A program made the position numbers and the translations under genes. Shown here in pieces: positions 53,808 through 64,000 of a DNA stretch of 64,000 bases. The stretch comes from Shigella phage SP18. The stretch is from the sequence record GQ981382. One strand, given 5' to 3'. Under the pieces are notes generated by a model. It was not told the origin of the DNA, searched no databases, and saw nothing but the letters and a program-made list of their open reading frames with translations. The stretch's first letter is position 1. Every line of letters begins with the position of its first letter.

Positions 53808-54097
53808 AACAAAAAGTCCAGCGTATTAGTTTTCTGTGTACGAGACATACTCGGACGAAGCAGGTTATCATCATATGCTTCATTCATAATCTTATCGACG
53901 ATTCCCGCAGGGATATATCGCGCAAAATTACCTTCAGGAATTCCACGTTCTTCCAACCAGGCAGTTGTAGCTTCCAGATAAGACATTTCGGTTGACTCAA
54001 CCATGGCTTCAATATCAAGCCCGTTTTGCTGCTTACTAATCGCCCCGGAAGGCGATTCAGTTTTCTGTGTATCAAAATTAACTAAAGAGGACATCAT
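53804..54097 (-). CDS. 33: Late transcription co-activator gp33
   Basis: C-terminal match to T4 gp33 (MSYLEATTAWLEERGIPEGNFARYIPAGIVDKIMNEAYDDNLLRPS...TNTLDFLL); start placed at the Met with a GGAG RBS; 5' end overlaps dsbA. Confidence 0.8.
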   Translation of the reverse strand: MMSSLVNFDTQKTESPSGAISKQQNGLDIEAMVESTEMSYLEATTAWLEERGIPEGNFARYIPAGIVDKIMNEAYDDNLLRPSMSRTQKTNTLDFLL

Positions 54098-54332
54098 AGA
54101 GCTCCACAGCTTCGGTTTTTTCATCTTCAAAACGCTCACGGGTGCCTTTATGATACAGACCGAGCTGTGTATTGAACATCTTACCGTCAACGCCTAATTC
54201 GGTTTTTGCCTTGTCTTTAAGGTCTTTAATTTCGTCTGCATATGCTTCCATTTTTAATTTGGTATCGGAAGCAGCTTTAATCAGCTTGGCCAGTTCAGCA
54301 CCATGAGTATCAGGACAAAATTCAACTTTCAC
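54078..54332 (-). CDS. dsbA: DsbA-like late-gene dsDNA-binding protein
   Basis: 84 aa, T4 dsbA position between rnh and 33; apparent GTG start; overlaps gene 33 in a different frame. Confidence 0.65.
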   Translation of the reverse strand: MKVEFCPDTHGAELAKLIKAASDTKLKMEAYADEIKDLKDKAKTELGVDGKMFNTQLGLYHKGTRERFEDEKTEAVELYDVLFS

Positions 54333-54356
54333 TTTTTTCTTCTTTCATAATATACC

Positions 54357-55301
54357 TTAATAAAATTCAGCAATGTTTGCAGTTAGTTTAGACAGACCAG
54401 ACTTAACAAAGTAAGGATAAACTTTACTTTTGGCCGGGATGACGTAGTTATTATATCGTTCTAAAATTGAAGCGGATATTTCCGTTGGGATAAAGTCCAT
54501 ATCAATCAACAATTGGTTTTCACAGAATCTATTATATTGCTCTTCTGTTAAAAGCGTTTTCAGCACGTCATGGTCGTAATAGTTGAGCGCAATTTGTTCA
54601 AGCTCGGCTGCACGTGTCGGTGGAGTGCGTTCACCCTCTTCGTGAGTGTAATAAAAATCACCACGAACCTTGATGCTCGACACGTTATCTTTTTTGTCAC
54701 CTTTAACAACCTTTGTCACGCAATCCATAAGGGCATCGCCTGATTTAGTTTTGACATATTTTTTCTGCATCGGGGACCATTGTTTCACCCCAGGGAATTT
54801 ATGCAACTGTGTAAAGTCACCATCCGAAGAAACAATCATAACCGGATGTCCGAGACCAGTGAGCAACTTCGTTAATACTGCAATATGGTCATCAGCCTCG
54901 ACTTTATCCATATTCATCACGATGTAAGGCATGTGTTTTTCCATTTCATCGATAATGATGTGCATGGCAGCATGTAGGCCTTCCCAATCGAATTGAGACT
55001 CTTCACGAGCTTTCGCACGGTTTTTCTTATAATAATAAGATTTTGTGCGGCGCCAATAGCCATTCTTCGAGTTATCAACACAAATAATTGGAATCGTATA
55101 ACCGAGCTTCTTGAACTGCACAATATTTTTTCTGATGGAGTTCAGAACCAGGTGTCTGGTCATTGCAGTTGTTACCTTCGGAAAGCCTGCGTCTTTGCCG
55201 AATTCCTGGAAGGCTGCAGCCATGATGAGCTGACTAAAATCGAGTAACTGAAAACCATCTTTTTGACGGTCTTCTTCAGGGAGTAAAAAATCTAAATTCA
55301 T
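54357..55301 (-). CDS. rnh: RNase H (5'-3' exonuclease / flap endonuclease)
   Basis: 314 aa; matches T4 RNase H (GYWRRTKSYYYKKNRAKAREES, EADDHIAVL, SSDGDFTQLHK). Confidence 0.95.
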   Translation of the reverse strand: MNLDFLLPEEDRQKDGFQLLDFSQLIMAAAFQEFGKDAGFPKVTTAMTRHLVLNSIRKNIVQFKKLGYTIPIICVDNSKNGYWRRTKSYYYKKNRAKAREESQFDWEGLHAAMHIIIDEMEKHMPYIVMNMDKVEADDHIAVLTKLLTGLGHPVMIVSSDGDFTQLHKFPGVKQWSPMQKKYVKTKSGDALMDCVTKVVKGDKKDNVSSIKVRGDFYYTHEEGERTPPTRAAELEQIALNYYDHDVLKTLLTEEQYNRFCENQLLIDMDFIPTEISASILERYNNYVIPAKSKVYPYFVKSGLSKLTANIAEFY

Positions 55302-55329
55302 ATGAACCTCTGTTCAATTAGTTGACTCG

Positions 55330-55358
55330 ATTATATTAGCATAAAATTTTTAAAGCAA
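55330..55358 (-). promoter_or_regulatory. Middle-type promoter candidate upstream of rnh
   Basis: Minus strand tTGCTTTAaaaattttatgctaaTATAAT; spacing longer than the usual 11-13 nt. Confidence 0.35.
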
Positions 55359-55366
55359 TATAAATA
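55359..55366 (+). promoter_or_regulatory. Late promoter motif TATAAATA upstream of gene 34
   Basis: Exact TATAAATA about 30 nt upstream of the gene 34 ATG. Confidence 0.7.
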
Positions 55367-55396
55367 CACGTATACCAATCAATAAGGATAAAGCAC

Positions 55397-58300
55397 ATGG
55401 CCGATATTTTAAAACCAGCATTCAGAGCAACATCCGGTCTCGATGCTGCTGGTGAGAAAGTCATTAATGTCGCAAAAGCTGATTACTCAGTTTTATCAGA
55501 CGGCGTTAACGTAGATTTCTTTATAGAAGAAAACACAGTTCAACAATATGATGCGACACGAGGATACAAAAAGAACTTTGCCGTTATTAACGATAACCGT
55601 ATTTGGGTTGCTCAACGTGATATCGCGGCTCCGGCAGGGACATTTACCCCTCAGTATTGGTTAGCAACCCGTACTGACCCGAAATGGGAAACTGTTGCAT
55701 CTCCAACTCGTCAGCTTAGCTCGGGTGAATTTATCGCGGTCGACTCAGCTGCAAGCTTTACCACATTTACATTGCCTCCAAACCCGACTGATGGTGATAC
55801 CATCGTTATTAAAGATATCGGTGGCAATACCGGTTATAATGAAATCAAAGTTCAATCGAGCAATGTACCTGGTCAAGGTAACCAAAAGATTGTTCGTTTC
55901 GGTAACCAATTTACTGAAATATTAATCAGTAAGCCGTTCTCTTACAACATGCTTATTTTCTCCAACCGCTTATGGCAGTTCTGGGAAGCAGGTAACGAAG
56001 AACGCGGAATAAGAATTGAACCAAGCTCTGGCAAATATCGTGCACAGGCAGCAGACTTTATTATGCGCCATTACACGACCGCAGAGAAAATTACATTTGT
56101 TCTTCCTAAGTATGCTAACCAAGGCGATATTGTCAAATCAGTAGATATAGATGGATTAGGGCCATTATACCACCTGGATGTTGAAACGTTTGACGAGTCA
56201 AGTTCTCTGGGTAAACAAGGCCAACACAGTATGGAATTCCGTACTACTGGTGATGGTTTCTTCGTTTATAATGCCACCGAAAAATTGTGGGTGACCTGGG
56301 ACGGTGATAATAAAACTCGTTTGCGTGTAATTCGTGACAATGTAAAATTGTTACCAAACGAAAGTATTATCGTGTTCGGTAATGATAACAACACCTCACA
56401 GACAATTAACATCGACCTTCCGACGGGTGTTCGTCCTGGTGATGTTGTTAAGATTGCTCTGAACTATCTCCGCAAGGCACAGACTGTTAATATTAAAGCT
56501 TCGGCTACTGATAAAATTGCATCTTCTGTTCAGCTGCTTCAGTTCCCGAAACGTTCGGAATATCCACCTGACACTGAATGGGTATTTGTTGACTCTTTGA
56601 CTTTCAATGGTAATATAAGTTATACTCCGGTTATTGAATTAAGTTACATGGAAGATACGGTTAATAACGTTAACTACTGGGTTGTTGCTCAGAACGTTCC
56701 GACTATTGAGCGTGTTGACTCGAAGGATGATTTGACCCGTGCTCGTCTGGGTGTTATTGCATTGGCTAACCAGGCTCAGGCTAACGTTGACCATGAAAAT
56801 AACCCTGAAAAAGAATTAGCAATTACCCCGCAGACTTTAGCTAACCGTGTGGCTACTGAATCACGTCGTGGTATTGCACGAATTGCTAACACTGCACAGG
56901 TGAACCAGGATACGACTTTTGCTTTCCAGGATGACATCATCATCTCTCCGAAAAAGTTAAACGAACGTACAGCTACAGAAACAAGACGTGGGCTCGCAGA
57001 AATTGCCACACAGCAAGAAACTGATGCAGGCACTGATGATACTACCATCATCACTCCGCGCAAGCTACAAGCTCGTCAGGGCTCCGAAAGCTTATCTGGT
57101 ATCGTTAAGTATGTTCCTACTACCGGGACTACTCCAGCAGCAAGCCGTATAACGGTTGGGACAAACGTTTATAATAAAAATACAACCACTCTGGTAATTT
57201 CTCCGAAAGCTTTGGACCAATATAAAGCTGACCAGAATAACCAAGGTGCTGTATATCTGGCTACTCAGTCAGAAGTTAACGCGGGTGCAACAAATACAGG
57301 ATTCAGTAACTCGGTCGTGACTCCGGAAACATTAGGCGCACGCAGAGCAACAGATTCAAACCATGGTTTAATCGAGATTGCAACTCAGGTTGAAACTAAT
57401 GCAGGAACCGATTATACCAGAGCTGTGACTCCTAAAACGTTAAATGACCGTAAAGCAACAGAATCATTATCCGGCATAGCCGAGATTGCTACGCAATCAG
57501 AATTTGATACTGGCACTGATGATACTCGTATCGCAACGCCATTAAAAATTAAAACTAGACTTAATAATACTGCTCGTACTTCTGTTATTGCAGCAAGTGG
57601 TTTAGTAGAAACAGGGACGCTCTGGGACCATTATACGCTGAATATTCTTGAAGCAAATGAGACTCAACGTGGCACCGCACGACTGGCAACTCAACTTGAA
57701 GTTAATACCGGCACCGACGACAAAACAATCGTTACTCCGCTTAAGTTGATGTCGAAAAAAGCCACAGAAGGCACCGAAGGTATAGTTCGCATCGCTACTC
57801 GCGCAGAAACTATCGCAGGAACAAGTTCGATTCTGGCTGTTTCTCCTGTTAGTCTGAAATGGATTGCACAGTCCGAACCAACATGGGCGGCAACCACGAC
57901 GACCCGCGGCTTTGCTAAGATGTCTGAAGGCGCAATTACTTTTGTCGGTAATGCAACTGCAGGTTCGACCCAGGCTCTTGACCTGTACGAGAAAAATAGC
58001 TATGCTATCTCTCCGTATGAGTTAAACAAAACCCTTGGTAACTTCCTGCCGCGTCTGGCTAAAGCAGCAGACTCGGATAAACTGGATAACCTGGATAGTA
58101 CACAGTTCGTCAGGAGAGATATTGACCAGACAGTTGAAGGAACATTAACCCTTCGTAAAAACATCAGAATCGATGGCCAGTTAACTACAGGTGGTACAGG
58201 TGAGTTTGGTGGTTCTTTAGCTGCTAATTCTACATTTACTATTCGTAATACAGGTGCTTCAACTCGTTTGATATTTGAAAAAGGACCACAAACTGGAAAT

Positions 58301-59296
58301 AACCCGTTTCAAACCATGAATATCCGAGTATGGGGTAACCAATTCGCTGGTGGTTCTGATACAAGTCGTTCTACGATATTTGAAGTTGGCGATGAAACAT
58401 CCAACCATTTTTATTCTCAACGGAATAATCTTGGTAATATTACTTTTAGTATCAACGGCACAGTTCAACCGATTAACGTTAATGCATCCGGAACATTGAA
58501 TGCTAATGGGGTGGCAACATTTGGACGTTCAGTGACCGCACAGGGTGAATTTATAACCTATAGTGCAAACGCATTTAGAGCTATTAATGGACAGTATGGG
58601 TTCTTTATTCGTAATGATAACTCGAACATCTATTTCATGCTTACAAATGCAAATGACCAGACTGGTGGCTTTAACGGATTAAGACCATTAGCTATTAGTA
58701 ATACATCTGGCCAAGTAACGATTGGTGAAAGCTTAATCATTGCCAAAGGTGCTACTATAAATTTGGGTGGTTTAACGGTTAATTCAAGAATTCGTTCACA
58801 AGGTACTAAACCTGCTGACCTTTATTCGAGAAAACCTAATGCCGATAATACAGGCTTCTGGTCCGTTGAAGTTAATGATTCAGCTACATATAATCAGTTC
58901 CCGGGTTATTTCAAAATGGTCGAAAAGACTAACGAAGTAACTGGTCTGCCTTATTTGGAGCGTGGTGAAGAAGTTAAATCACCTGGCACATTGACTCAGT
59001 TTGGTAACACGCTGAATTCACTCTATCAAGACTGGATTACTTATCCGAATACTGCTAATGCAAGCACCACTCGTTGGACTCGTACATGGCAGCAGAACAA
59101 AAACGCATGGTCTGGTTTTGTTCAGGTCTTTGATGGTGGCAACCCACCTCAGCCGTCGGATATTGGTGCATTGCCTGCTGATAATGCTTCGATGAGTAAC
59201 CTGACTATCAGGGATTGGTTAAGAATCGGTAACGTACGCATTGTTCCAGACCCAGTAACCAAATCCGTTAAATTTGAATGGATTGATACACCATAA
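55397..59296 (+). CDS. 34: Long tail fibre proximal subunit gp34
   Basis: 1299 aa with repeated T-E/D-x-x-G-x-A-x-I-A-T-Q fibre motifs; T4 gp34 size and position; late promoter 55359-55366. Confidence 0.93.
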   Translation: MADILKPAFRATSGLDAAGEKVINVAKADYSVLSDGVNVDFFIEENTVQQYDATRGYKKNFAVINDNRIWVAQRDIAAPAGTFTPQYWLATRTDPKWETVASPTRQLSSGEFIAVDSAASFTTFTLPPNPTDGDTIVIKDIGGNTGYNEIKVQSSNVPGQGNQKIVRFGNQFTEILISKPFSYNMLIFSNRLWQFWEAGNEERGIRIEPSSGKYRAQAADFIMRHYTTAEKITFVLPKYANQGDIVKSVDIDGLGPLYHLDVETFDESSSLGKQGQHSMEFRTTGDGFFVYNATEKLWVTWDGDNKTRLRVIRDNVKLLPNESIIVFGNDNNTSQTINIDLPTGVRPGDVVKIALNYLRKAQTVNIKASATDKIASSVQLLQFPKRSEYPPDTEWVFVDSLTFNGNISYTPVIELSYMEDTVNNVNYWVVAQNVPTIERVDSKDDLTRARLGVIALANQAQANVDHENNPEKELAITPQTLANRVATESRRGIARIANTAQVNQDTTFAFQDDIIISPKKLNERTATETRRGLAEIATQQETDAGTDDTTIITPRKLQARQGSESLSGIVKYVPTTGTTPAASRITVGTNVYNKNTTTLVISPKALDQYKADQNNQGAVYLATQSEVNAGATNTGFSNSVVTPETLGARRATDSNHGLIEIATQVETNAGTDYTRAVTPKTLNDRKATESLSGIAEIATQSEFDTGTDDTRIATPLKIKTRLNNTARTSVIAASGLVETGTLWDHYTLNILEANETQRGTARLATQLEVNTGTDDKTIVTPLKLMSKKATEGTEGIVRIATRAETIAGTSSILAVSPVSLKWIAQSEPTWAATTTTRGFAKMSEGAITFVGNATAGSTQALDLYEKNSYAISPYELNKTLGNFLPRLAKAADSDKLDNLDSTQFVRRDIDQTVEGTLTLRKNIRIDGQLTTGGTGEFGGSLAANSTFTIRNTGASTRLIFEKGPQTGNNPFQTMNIRVWGNQFAGGSDTSRSTIFEVGDETSNHFYSQRNNLGNITFSINGTVQPINVNASGTLNANGVATFGRSVTAQGEFITYSANAFRAINGQYGFFIRNDNSNIYFMLTNANDQTGGFNGLRPLAISNTSGQVTIGESLIIAKGATINLGGLTVNSRIRSQGTKPADLYSRKPNADNTGFWSVEVNDSATYNQFPGYFKMVEKTNEVTGLPYLERGEEVKSPGTLTQFGNTLNSLYQDWITYPNTANASTTRWTRTWQQNKNAWSGFVQVFDGGNPPQPSDIGALPADNASMSNLTIRDWLRIGNVRIVPDPVTKSVKFEWIDTP

Positions 59297-59304
59297 GAGG
59301 TATT

Positions 59305-60441
59305 ATGGAAAGATTTATGGCTGAATTTGGACAGGGATACGTCCAAGTTCCCGTGCTTTCTGAAAATAACGCAGTAAGATATAAATTGTCGATTGCTGGG
59401 ACTTGTACCAAATCGCCAAACTATCCCTACGTTAAGTTTCAAGATGAGGCCTTCGGGCCTCAGGACTTCCAGAATGGATTAAACCTTATTGAGATTGACC
59501 CAGTAACAAATACAATTACCGCCACCAAAAACTATGGCTTCACGAAAGACTATGACGTCATTTCACAGGCCTTTGTGACTTATATTAATTCCATCCCGGC
59601 TGGTAGGATTGTTTGTTTGATATCACAGGGGAAATTGAATGCTTCCCAAACTTTAATTGATTGGTTCAGAACACATGGCTCGACTGCATTTCCGGATAAG
59701 TGGTTGATTGACCAAGTTGATACTTCGTATTCGGCTTTTTATATCTCTGGTCGAAATGCAATCGTTAAAGAGCATGTGTTGTATAATGACGGGGTAACTG
59801 TTGAGGATGTATTGACTCCATTGGAAATGGTGTATGACGACTTTGCTGATGTAGGCGGCACAGGGTTCCCTCTGCGCATCGTGGAAGACGAAAACACATA
59901 TTACAGTAATAGTACACAAGAAATAAAACGTTTCCCCACAGACTCTCCTATCACTCCTGCGGTCGATTATAATATGGCACCTGGAGATACTTTTTACCTG
60001 AAGTTTCAGCTGACATATGACCAGGCACTTAAAGACCTTGGAACAACTCAGATGTCTGTTCGATTCTTTAATGGACAGACGATGATTCAGTCAAACGATT
60101 ATGATATCCCATCTACAGGACAAGCAAGCCCACCGGCTGGTGCATGGATGACGTTTGAACGTTATGTAGTTGTTCCACCGAATGCTGATGGATTTACACT
60201 GTACGCAAGGAAGACCGCTGCTGCAGGGCAAGGTGGAGTAAGGAATATTTTCTTTACAGAAATCGCCCGACAAGAAACACAAGCTAAATCTGCAGAAATC
60301 GGTGTCAACGGCATAAGAATGGTTGTAGCTGGAGAACCAGGAAATCTTGGTAATGTCATTGCACAATTGAATGATAAAAATGCGACAAGGTCCAGTCAAT
60401 CTGGATTTGTATTTGCAGCGGAATTCCGTGAAAAAGAATAA
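59305..60441 (+). CDS. 35: Long tail fibre hinge protein gp35
   Basis: 378 aa; T4 gene 35 position and size; AGAGG RBS; UUCG terminator hairpin downstream. Confidence 0.85.
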   Translation: MERFMAEFGQGYVQVPVLSENNAVRYKLSIAGTCTKSPNYPYVKFQDEAFGPQDFQNGLNLIEIDPVTNTITATKNYGFTKDYDVISQAFVTYINSIPAGRIVCLISQGKLNASQTLIDWFRTHGSTAFPDKWLIDQVDTSYSAFYISGRNAIVKEHVLYNDGVTVEDVLTPLEMVYDDFADVGGTGFPLRIVEDENTYYSNSTQEIKRFPTDSPITPAVDYNMAPGDTFYLKFQLTYDQALKDLGTTQMSVRFFNGQTMIQSNDYDIPSTGQASPPAGAWMTFERYVVVPPNADGFTLYARKTAAAGQGGVRNIFFTEIARQETQAKSAEIGVNGIRMVVAGEPGNLGNVIAQLNDKNATRSSQSGFVFAAEFREKE

Positions 60442-60462
60442 GGACCTTCGGGTCCTTTTTCA
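60439..60462 (+). terminator. Terminator hairpin after gene 35
   Basis: GGACC-TTCG-GGTCC followed by TTTTT. Confidence 0.7.
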
Positions 60463-60470
60463 TTATAAAT
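60463..60470 (+). promoter_or_regulatory. Late promoter motif TATAAATA upstream of gene 36
   Basis: Exact TATAAATA between the gene 35 terminator and the gene 36 RBS. Confidence 0.7.
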
Positions 60471-60496
60471 ACTCTTATCTAATAAAGGGGAATAAT

Positions 60497-61156
60497 ATGG
60501 CCGATTTAAGAGTAGGCTCAACGACTGGTGGGTCAGTTATCTGGCACCAGGGTAACTTTCCGTTGACGCCCGTAAGCAATGATTTATTTTACAAAACATA
60601 TAAAGTATATACAGAATTCAATAAACCGCAAGCAGCAGATAACGACTTTGTTTCTAAAGCAGCAGGTGGGACATATTTAAACACTGTAGGGTTTGATAAA
60701 GATTTACAGTTTAAAGACACTGATGGGTATTGGGTTAAATTAGGACGTAAAGTAAACAACTCCCCGATGTCTGCTACATATTCTTTCTCATTTAGAATGA
60801 GCAAAGGTATGGGTCTTGAGACATCGGATGGTACACCGTTTGTAATTTTCGACCCGACTACTGTTATAGGTGCAAACCGTCTTACTGTAATGGGTGATAT
60901 CCTTGGTCGTCAAATTAAAGACGAATCAGGTCGAGTGTTTTCTCCAGGGAATACTCCGTCAAAAGCACAAGTTGGATTAAGTGATGTGGATAACGCAAAA
61001 CAGGTCCAAATAAATAATAGTAACATACAATCTATGGCTGGCGTTCTTTCAGCCCCGAATTTCATATCTAGGAACCCAGGAACATTGAACGAACACGTTC
61101 CTCGTATTGACCAGGTTGTTCTTAGAGGCACATCTGAAGATTTTGGATATTATTAA
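60497..61156 (+). CDS. 36: Long tail fibre distal subunit gp36
   Basis: 219 aa from the Met ([23 protein letters not shown]), co-linear with T4 gp36; AAGGGG RBS and late promoter 60463-60470. Confidence 0.92.
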   Translation: MADLRVGSTTGGSVIWHQGNFPLTPVSNDLFYKTYKVYTEFNKPQAADNDFVSKAAGGTYLNTVGFDKDLQFKDTDGYWVKLGRKVNNSPMSATYSFSFRMSKGMGLETSDGTPFVIFDPTTVIGANRLTVMGDILGRQIKDESGRVFSPGNTPSKAQVGLSDVDNAKQVQINNSNIQSMAGVLSAPNFISRNPGTLNEHVPRIDQVVLRGTSEDFGYY

Positions 61157-61164
61157 GAGGCATT

Positions 61165-64000
61165 ATGGCTACTTTAAAATCGATACAATTTAAAAGAAGT
61201 AAAACACCAGGAGCCAAGCCTACTGCAGCTCAGTTAGATGAAGGCGAACTGGCTATTAACTTGCGTGACCGCACTATTTTTACTAAATCCGACCAGGGAC
61301 AGATTATTGATTTGGGCTTTGCAAAAGGCGGAACTATTGATGGAGATGTTCTTCAAAACGGGACATTTAACCTTAACGGTAACCAATTTGTTTATGCCGG
61401 TAAATATATTGAATTTTTACCTAAGACCACCGGTAATGGCGCATGGGCAAACCAGCATCTGAATAAAGCACCTATCTTTACGGATTTGAGTTCAACTACC
61501 TCAGTATCAGAATACCACCCTTTGATTAAGCAACGTTATAAAGATGGTACTTTTTCAGTAGGTACATTAGTAAGCGAAGGCTCATTTAGAGTTCATTATA
61601 TTGATTCTACAGCTCCAGACAATTCTAAACACTGGGTCTTTAACCGTAACGGTAATTTTATTGTAGATTCTGGCAATATTGAGGTCCGCACAGGTAATAT
61701 TTCTGCGTCAGGCAATATTAACTCCGCTAATGGTATAGTTTCTGCTCCACAAGTTATTACTAAAAATATTATTCTTGATTCGAAAAATTTCGGACAATAC
61801 GACAGTCAATCTTTAGTTAACTACGTATACCCAGGCACAGGCGAAACGAATGGTGTAAACTATCTTCGTAAAGTTCGCGCCAAATCCGGCGGCACTATGT
61901 GGCATGAGCTTTGCACTGCCCAGACAGGTCAAGCTGATGAATTGTCTTGGTGGACAGGTAATACTCCAACATCTAAACAATATGGCATTCGTAATGATGG
62001 ACGAATGGCAGGCCGTAATAGCCTTGCATTAGGTACATTCACTACAGATTTCCCGTCTAGTGATTATGGCAACTTCGGTATAATGGGCGATAAGTATCTT
62101 GTTCTCGGTGACACTGTAACTGGTCTGAAATATATTAAACAAGGTGTTTATGATTTAGTTGGTGGAGGTTATTCAGTTGCTTCCATTACTCCTGATAGTT
62201 TCCGTAGTACTCGTAAAGGTTTATTTGGTCGTTCAGAAGACCAAGGCGAAACATGGATTATGCCTGGAACCAACAAGGCGCTTTTATCGGTTCAAACACA
62301 AGCTGATAATAACGCTGCTGGCGACGGCCAGACACATATTGGCTATAACTCAGGCGGAAAAATGAACCACTATTTCCGTGGTAAAGGCAAAACTAATATT
62401 AATACTCAAAAAGGCATGGAAGTTAATCCGGGTATTTTGAAATTGGTAACTGGCTCTGATAATCTACAATTTTATGCTAACGGAACTATTTCTTCTATTC
62501 AACCTATTAAATTGGATAATGAGATATTTTTAACTACCTCTAATAATACTGCAGGCCTTAAATTTGGCGCCCCTAGCGGAGTTAATGAAACAAGAGCTAT
62601 CCAGTGGAACGGTGGTACTCGTGAAGGACAGAATAAAAACTATGTGATTGTTAAAGCATGGGGTAACTCATTTAATGCCGCCGGTGATAAATCTCGCGAA
62701 ACGGTTTTCCAAGTATCAGATGGTCAAGGATATTATTTTTATGCCCATCGTAAAGCTCCAACCGGCGACGAAACTATTGGACGCATTGAAGCTCAGTTTG
62801 CTGGAGCTCTTAATGCTAAAAGTATTAATGCCATCGAAAATTTTAAAGTTAATGGATTAAGCACTTTAGTCGGCGGAGTTACAATGAGCAATGGACTTAA
62901 TTTAACTGGCGGTGCTAATATCAGCGGGCCAGTTAAAATCGGCGGCGTCACCAATGCATTAAGAATTTGGGACTCTCGCTATGGCGCCATTTTCCGTCGC
63001 TCAGAAACATCATTACATATTATCCCAACTAATGAAAATGAAGGGGAAAACGGTGCAATAAGCAACCTTCGTCCGTTTAGTATTGAGTTAGGCACCGGTA
63101 CGGTTATAATGGGGGATAAATCTACGGGCGGACCGCTTTTCACGGTCGACAACGTAAGTAAATTCGTCCAGACGGACTGTAGATTCCGTGTTAACATGGA
63201 TTCTGATGGTATTGTTGTTAACGCCTCATCTCAAGCGGCATCTAACTTTATTCAAGGTCGTAAGGCTGATGTGACTAAATGGTATTTGGGTATTGGCGAT
63301 GGCGGCAACGTCGTTCGTATGCACAACTACACATATTCTCACGGTATTGCGTTAAACTCTGATACTGTCGATATTACTAAGCCTCTTAAAGTTGGAAATG
63401 CCCAACTAGGAACTGACGGTAATATTACAGGTGGTAGTGGTAATTTCGGTAATTTAAATACTACCATCGAGAATATGAAAGCCGATATTGTTACCAGTTA
63501 CCCAGTCGGTGCCCCAATTCCATGGCCAAGTGATTCAGTTCCTGACGGATTTGCTTTAATGGAAGGCCAGACTTTTGACACAGGTGCTTATCCTAAGCTC
63601 GCTATCGCATATCCTACCGGTACTATTCCTGATATGCGTGGACAAACTATCAAGGGTACACCTAGTGGACGGGCCGTGTTAAGCGCAGAAGCAGATGGTG
63701 TTAAGTCTCATAACCACTCCGCATCGGCATCAACTACTGCTTTGACAGGCACAACCAATGGTACGGACTTGGGTACAAAAACTGTCAGCACTGTTGATAT
63801 AGGGCGTAAGTATACTAATAACGCAGGAGCGCATACTCACACGTTCTCAGGAACAACTAGTACGAACGGCGACCATAACCACCCAGCTTCACTTGGTAAC
63901 AACGCCAACGTTCAATCAGGTCGTTTTGCAGCATCTAACTCAGGTCAGTCTGCTATAGCATATACCAACAACGCTGGTAACCACAGTCACACGTTCTCAG
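61165..64000 (+). CDS. 37: Long tail fibre distal subunit gp37 (receptor-binding), 3' partial
   Basis: ORF open to the window end; N-terminus [37 protein letters not shown] matches T4 gp37; C-terminal HxH boxes; AAGAGG RBS. Confidence 0.92.
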   Translation, partial: MATLKSIQFKRSKTPGAKPTAAQLDEGELAINLRDRTIFTKSDQGQIIDLGFAKGGTIDGDVLQNGTFNLNGNQFVYAGKYIEFLPKTTGNGAWANQHLNKAPIFTDLSSTTSVSEYHPLIKQRYKDGTFSVGTLVSEGSFRVHYIDSTAPDNSKHWVFNRNGNFIVDSGNIEVRTGNISASGNINSANGIVSAPQVITKNIILDSKNFGQYDSQSLVNYVYPGTGETNGVNYLRKVRAKSGGTMWHELCTAQTGQADELSWWTGNTPTSKQYGIRNDGRMAGRNSLALGTFTTDFPSSDYGNFGIMGDKYLVLGDTVTGLKYIKQGVYDLVGGGYSVASITPDSFRSTRKGLFGRSEDQGETWIMPGTNKALLSVQTQADNNAAGDGQTHIGYNSGGKMNHYFRGKGKTNINTQKGMEVNPGILKLVTGSDNLQFYANGTISSIQPIKLDNEIFLTTSNNTAGLKFGAPSGVNETRAIQWNGGTREGQNKNYVIVKAWGNSFNAAGDKSRETVFQVSDGQGYYFYAHRKAPTGDETIGRIEAQFAGALNAKSINAIENFKVNGLSTLVGGVTMSNGLNLTGGANISGPVKIGGVTNALRIWDSRYGAIFRRSETSLHIIPTNENEGENGAISNLRPFSIELGTGTVIMGDKSTGGPLFTVDNVSKFVQTDCRFRVNMDSDGIVVNASSQAASNFIQGRKADVTKWYLGIGDGGNVVRMHNYTYSHGIALNSDTVDITKPLKVGNAQLGTDGNITGGSGNFGNLNTTIENMKADIVTSYPVGAPIPWPSDSVPDGFALMEGQTFDTGAYPKLAIAYPTGTIPDMRGQTIKGTPSGRAVLSAEADGVKSHNHSASASTTALTGTTNGTDLGTKTVSTVDIGRKYTNNAGAHTHTFSGTTSTNGDHNHPASLGNNANVQSGRFAASNSGQSAIAYTNNAGNHSHTFS

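Overview
This window is a ~64 kb stretch of a T4-like (Tevenvirinae-type) myovirus genome, colinear with T4 from gene 17 (terminase large subunit, 5' partial) to gene 37 (long tail fibre distal subunit, 3' partial). All calls rest on reading the six-frame translations against remembered T4 protein families and on motifs visible in the sequence; nothing was searched or computed. Plus-strand late structural block: 17, 18, 19, 20, 67, 68, 21, 22, 23, 24, then uvsW, baseplate genes 51-27-28-29-48-54 and tail fibre genes 34-37, most preceded by TATAAATA late-promoter motifs. Minus-strand early/middle block: rnlB, hoc, inh, uvsY, 25, 26, two tandem alt ADP-ribosyltransferase paralogues, DNA ligase, a HAD-like hydrolase, a NADAR/YbiA-like protein, many small ORFs, rIII, 31, cd, pseT, a spanin pair, alc, rnlA, denA, nrdB, nrdA, td, frd, 32, 59, 33, dsbA and rnh. 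No rRNA, tRNA or CRISPR array was found. The most notable features are: (1) six copies of a ~65-70 bp promoter-plus-leader cassette (PeSL-like) each placed directly upstream of a small minus-strand ORF; (2) two paralogous HNH homing endonuclease genes, one inserted between uvsW and uvsW.1 with a 19-bp direct repeat at the junctions; (3) an alt-alt-ligase-HAD-NADAR cluster suggesting an ADP-ribosylation write/erase module; (4) a ~370 bp ORF-free region next to a 53-aa basic ORF that was below the ORF-track cutoff. I did not find a single clear-cut novel multi-gene system; the candidates above are hypotheses.
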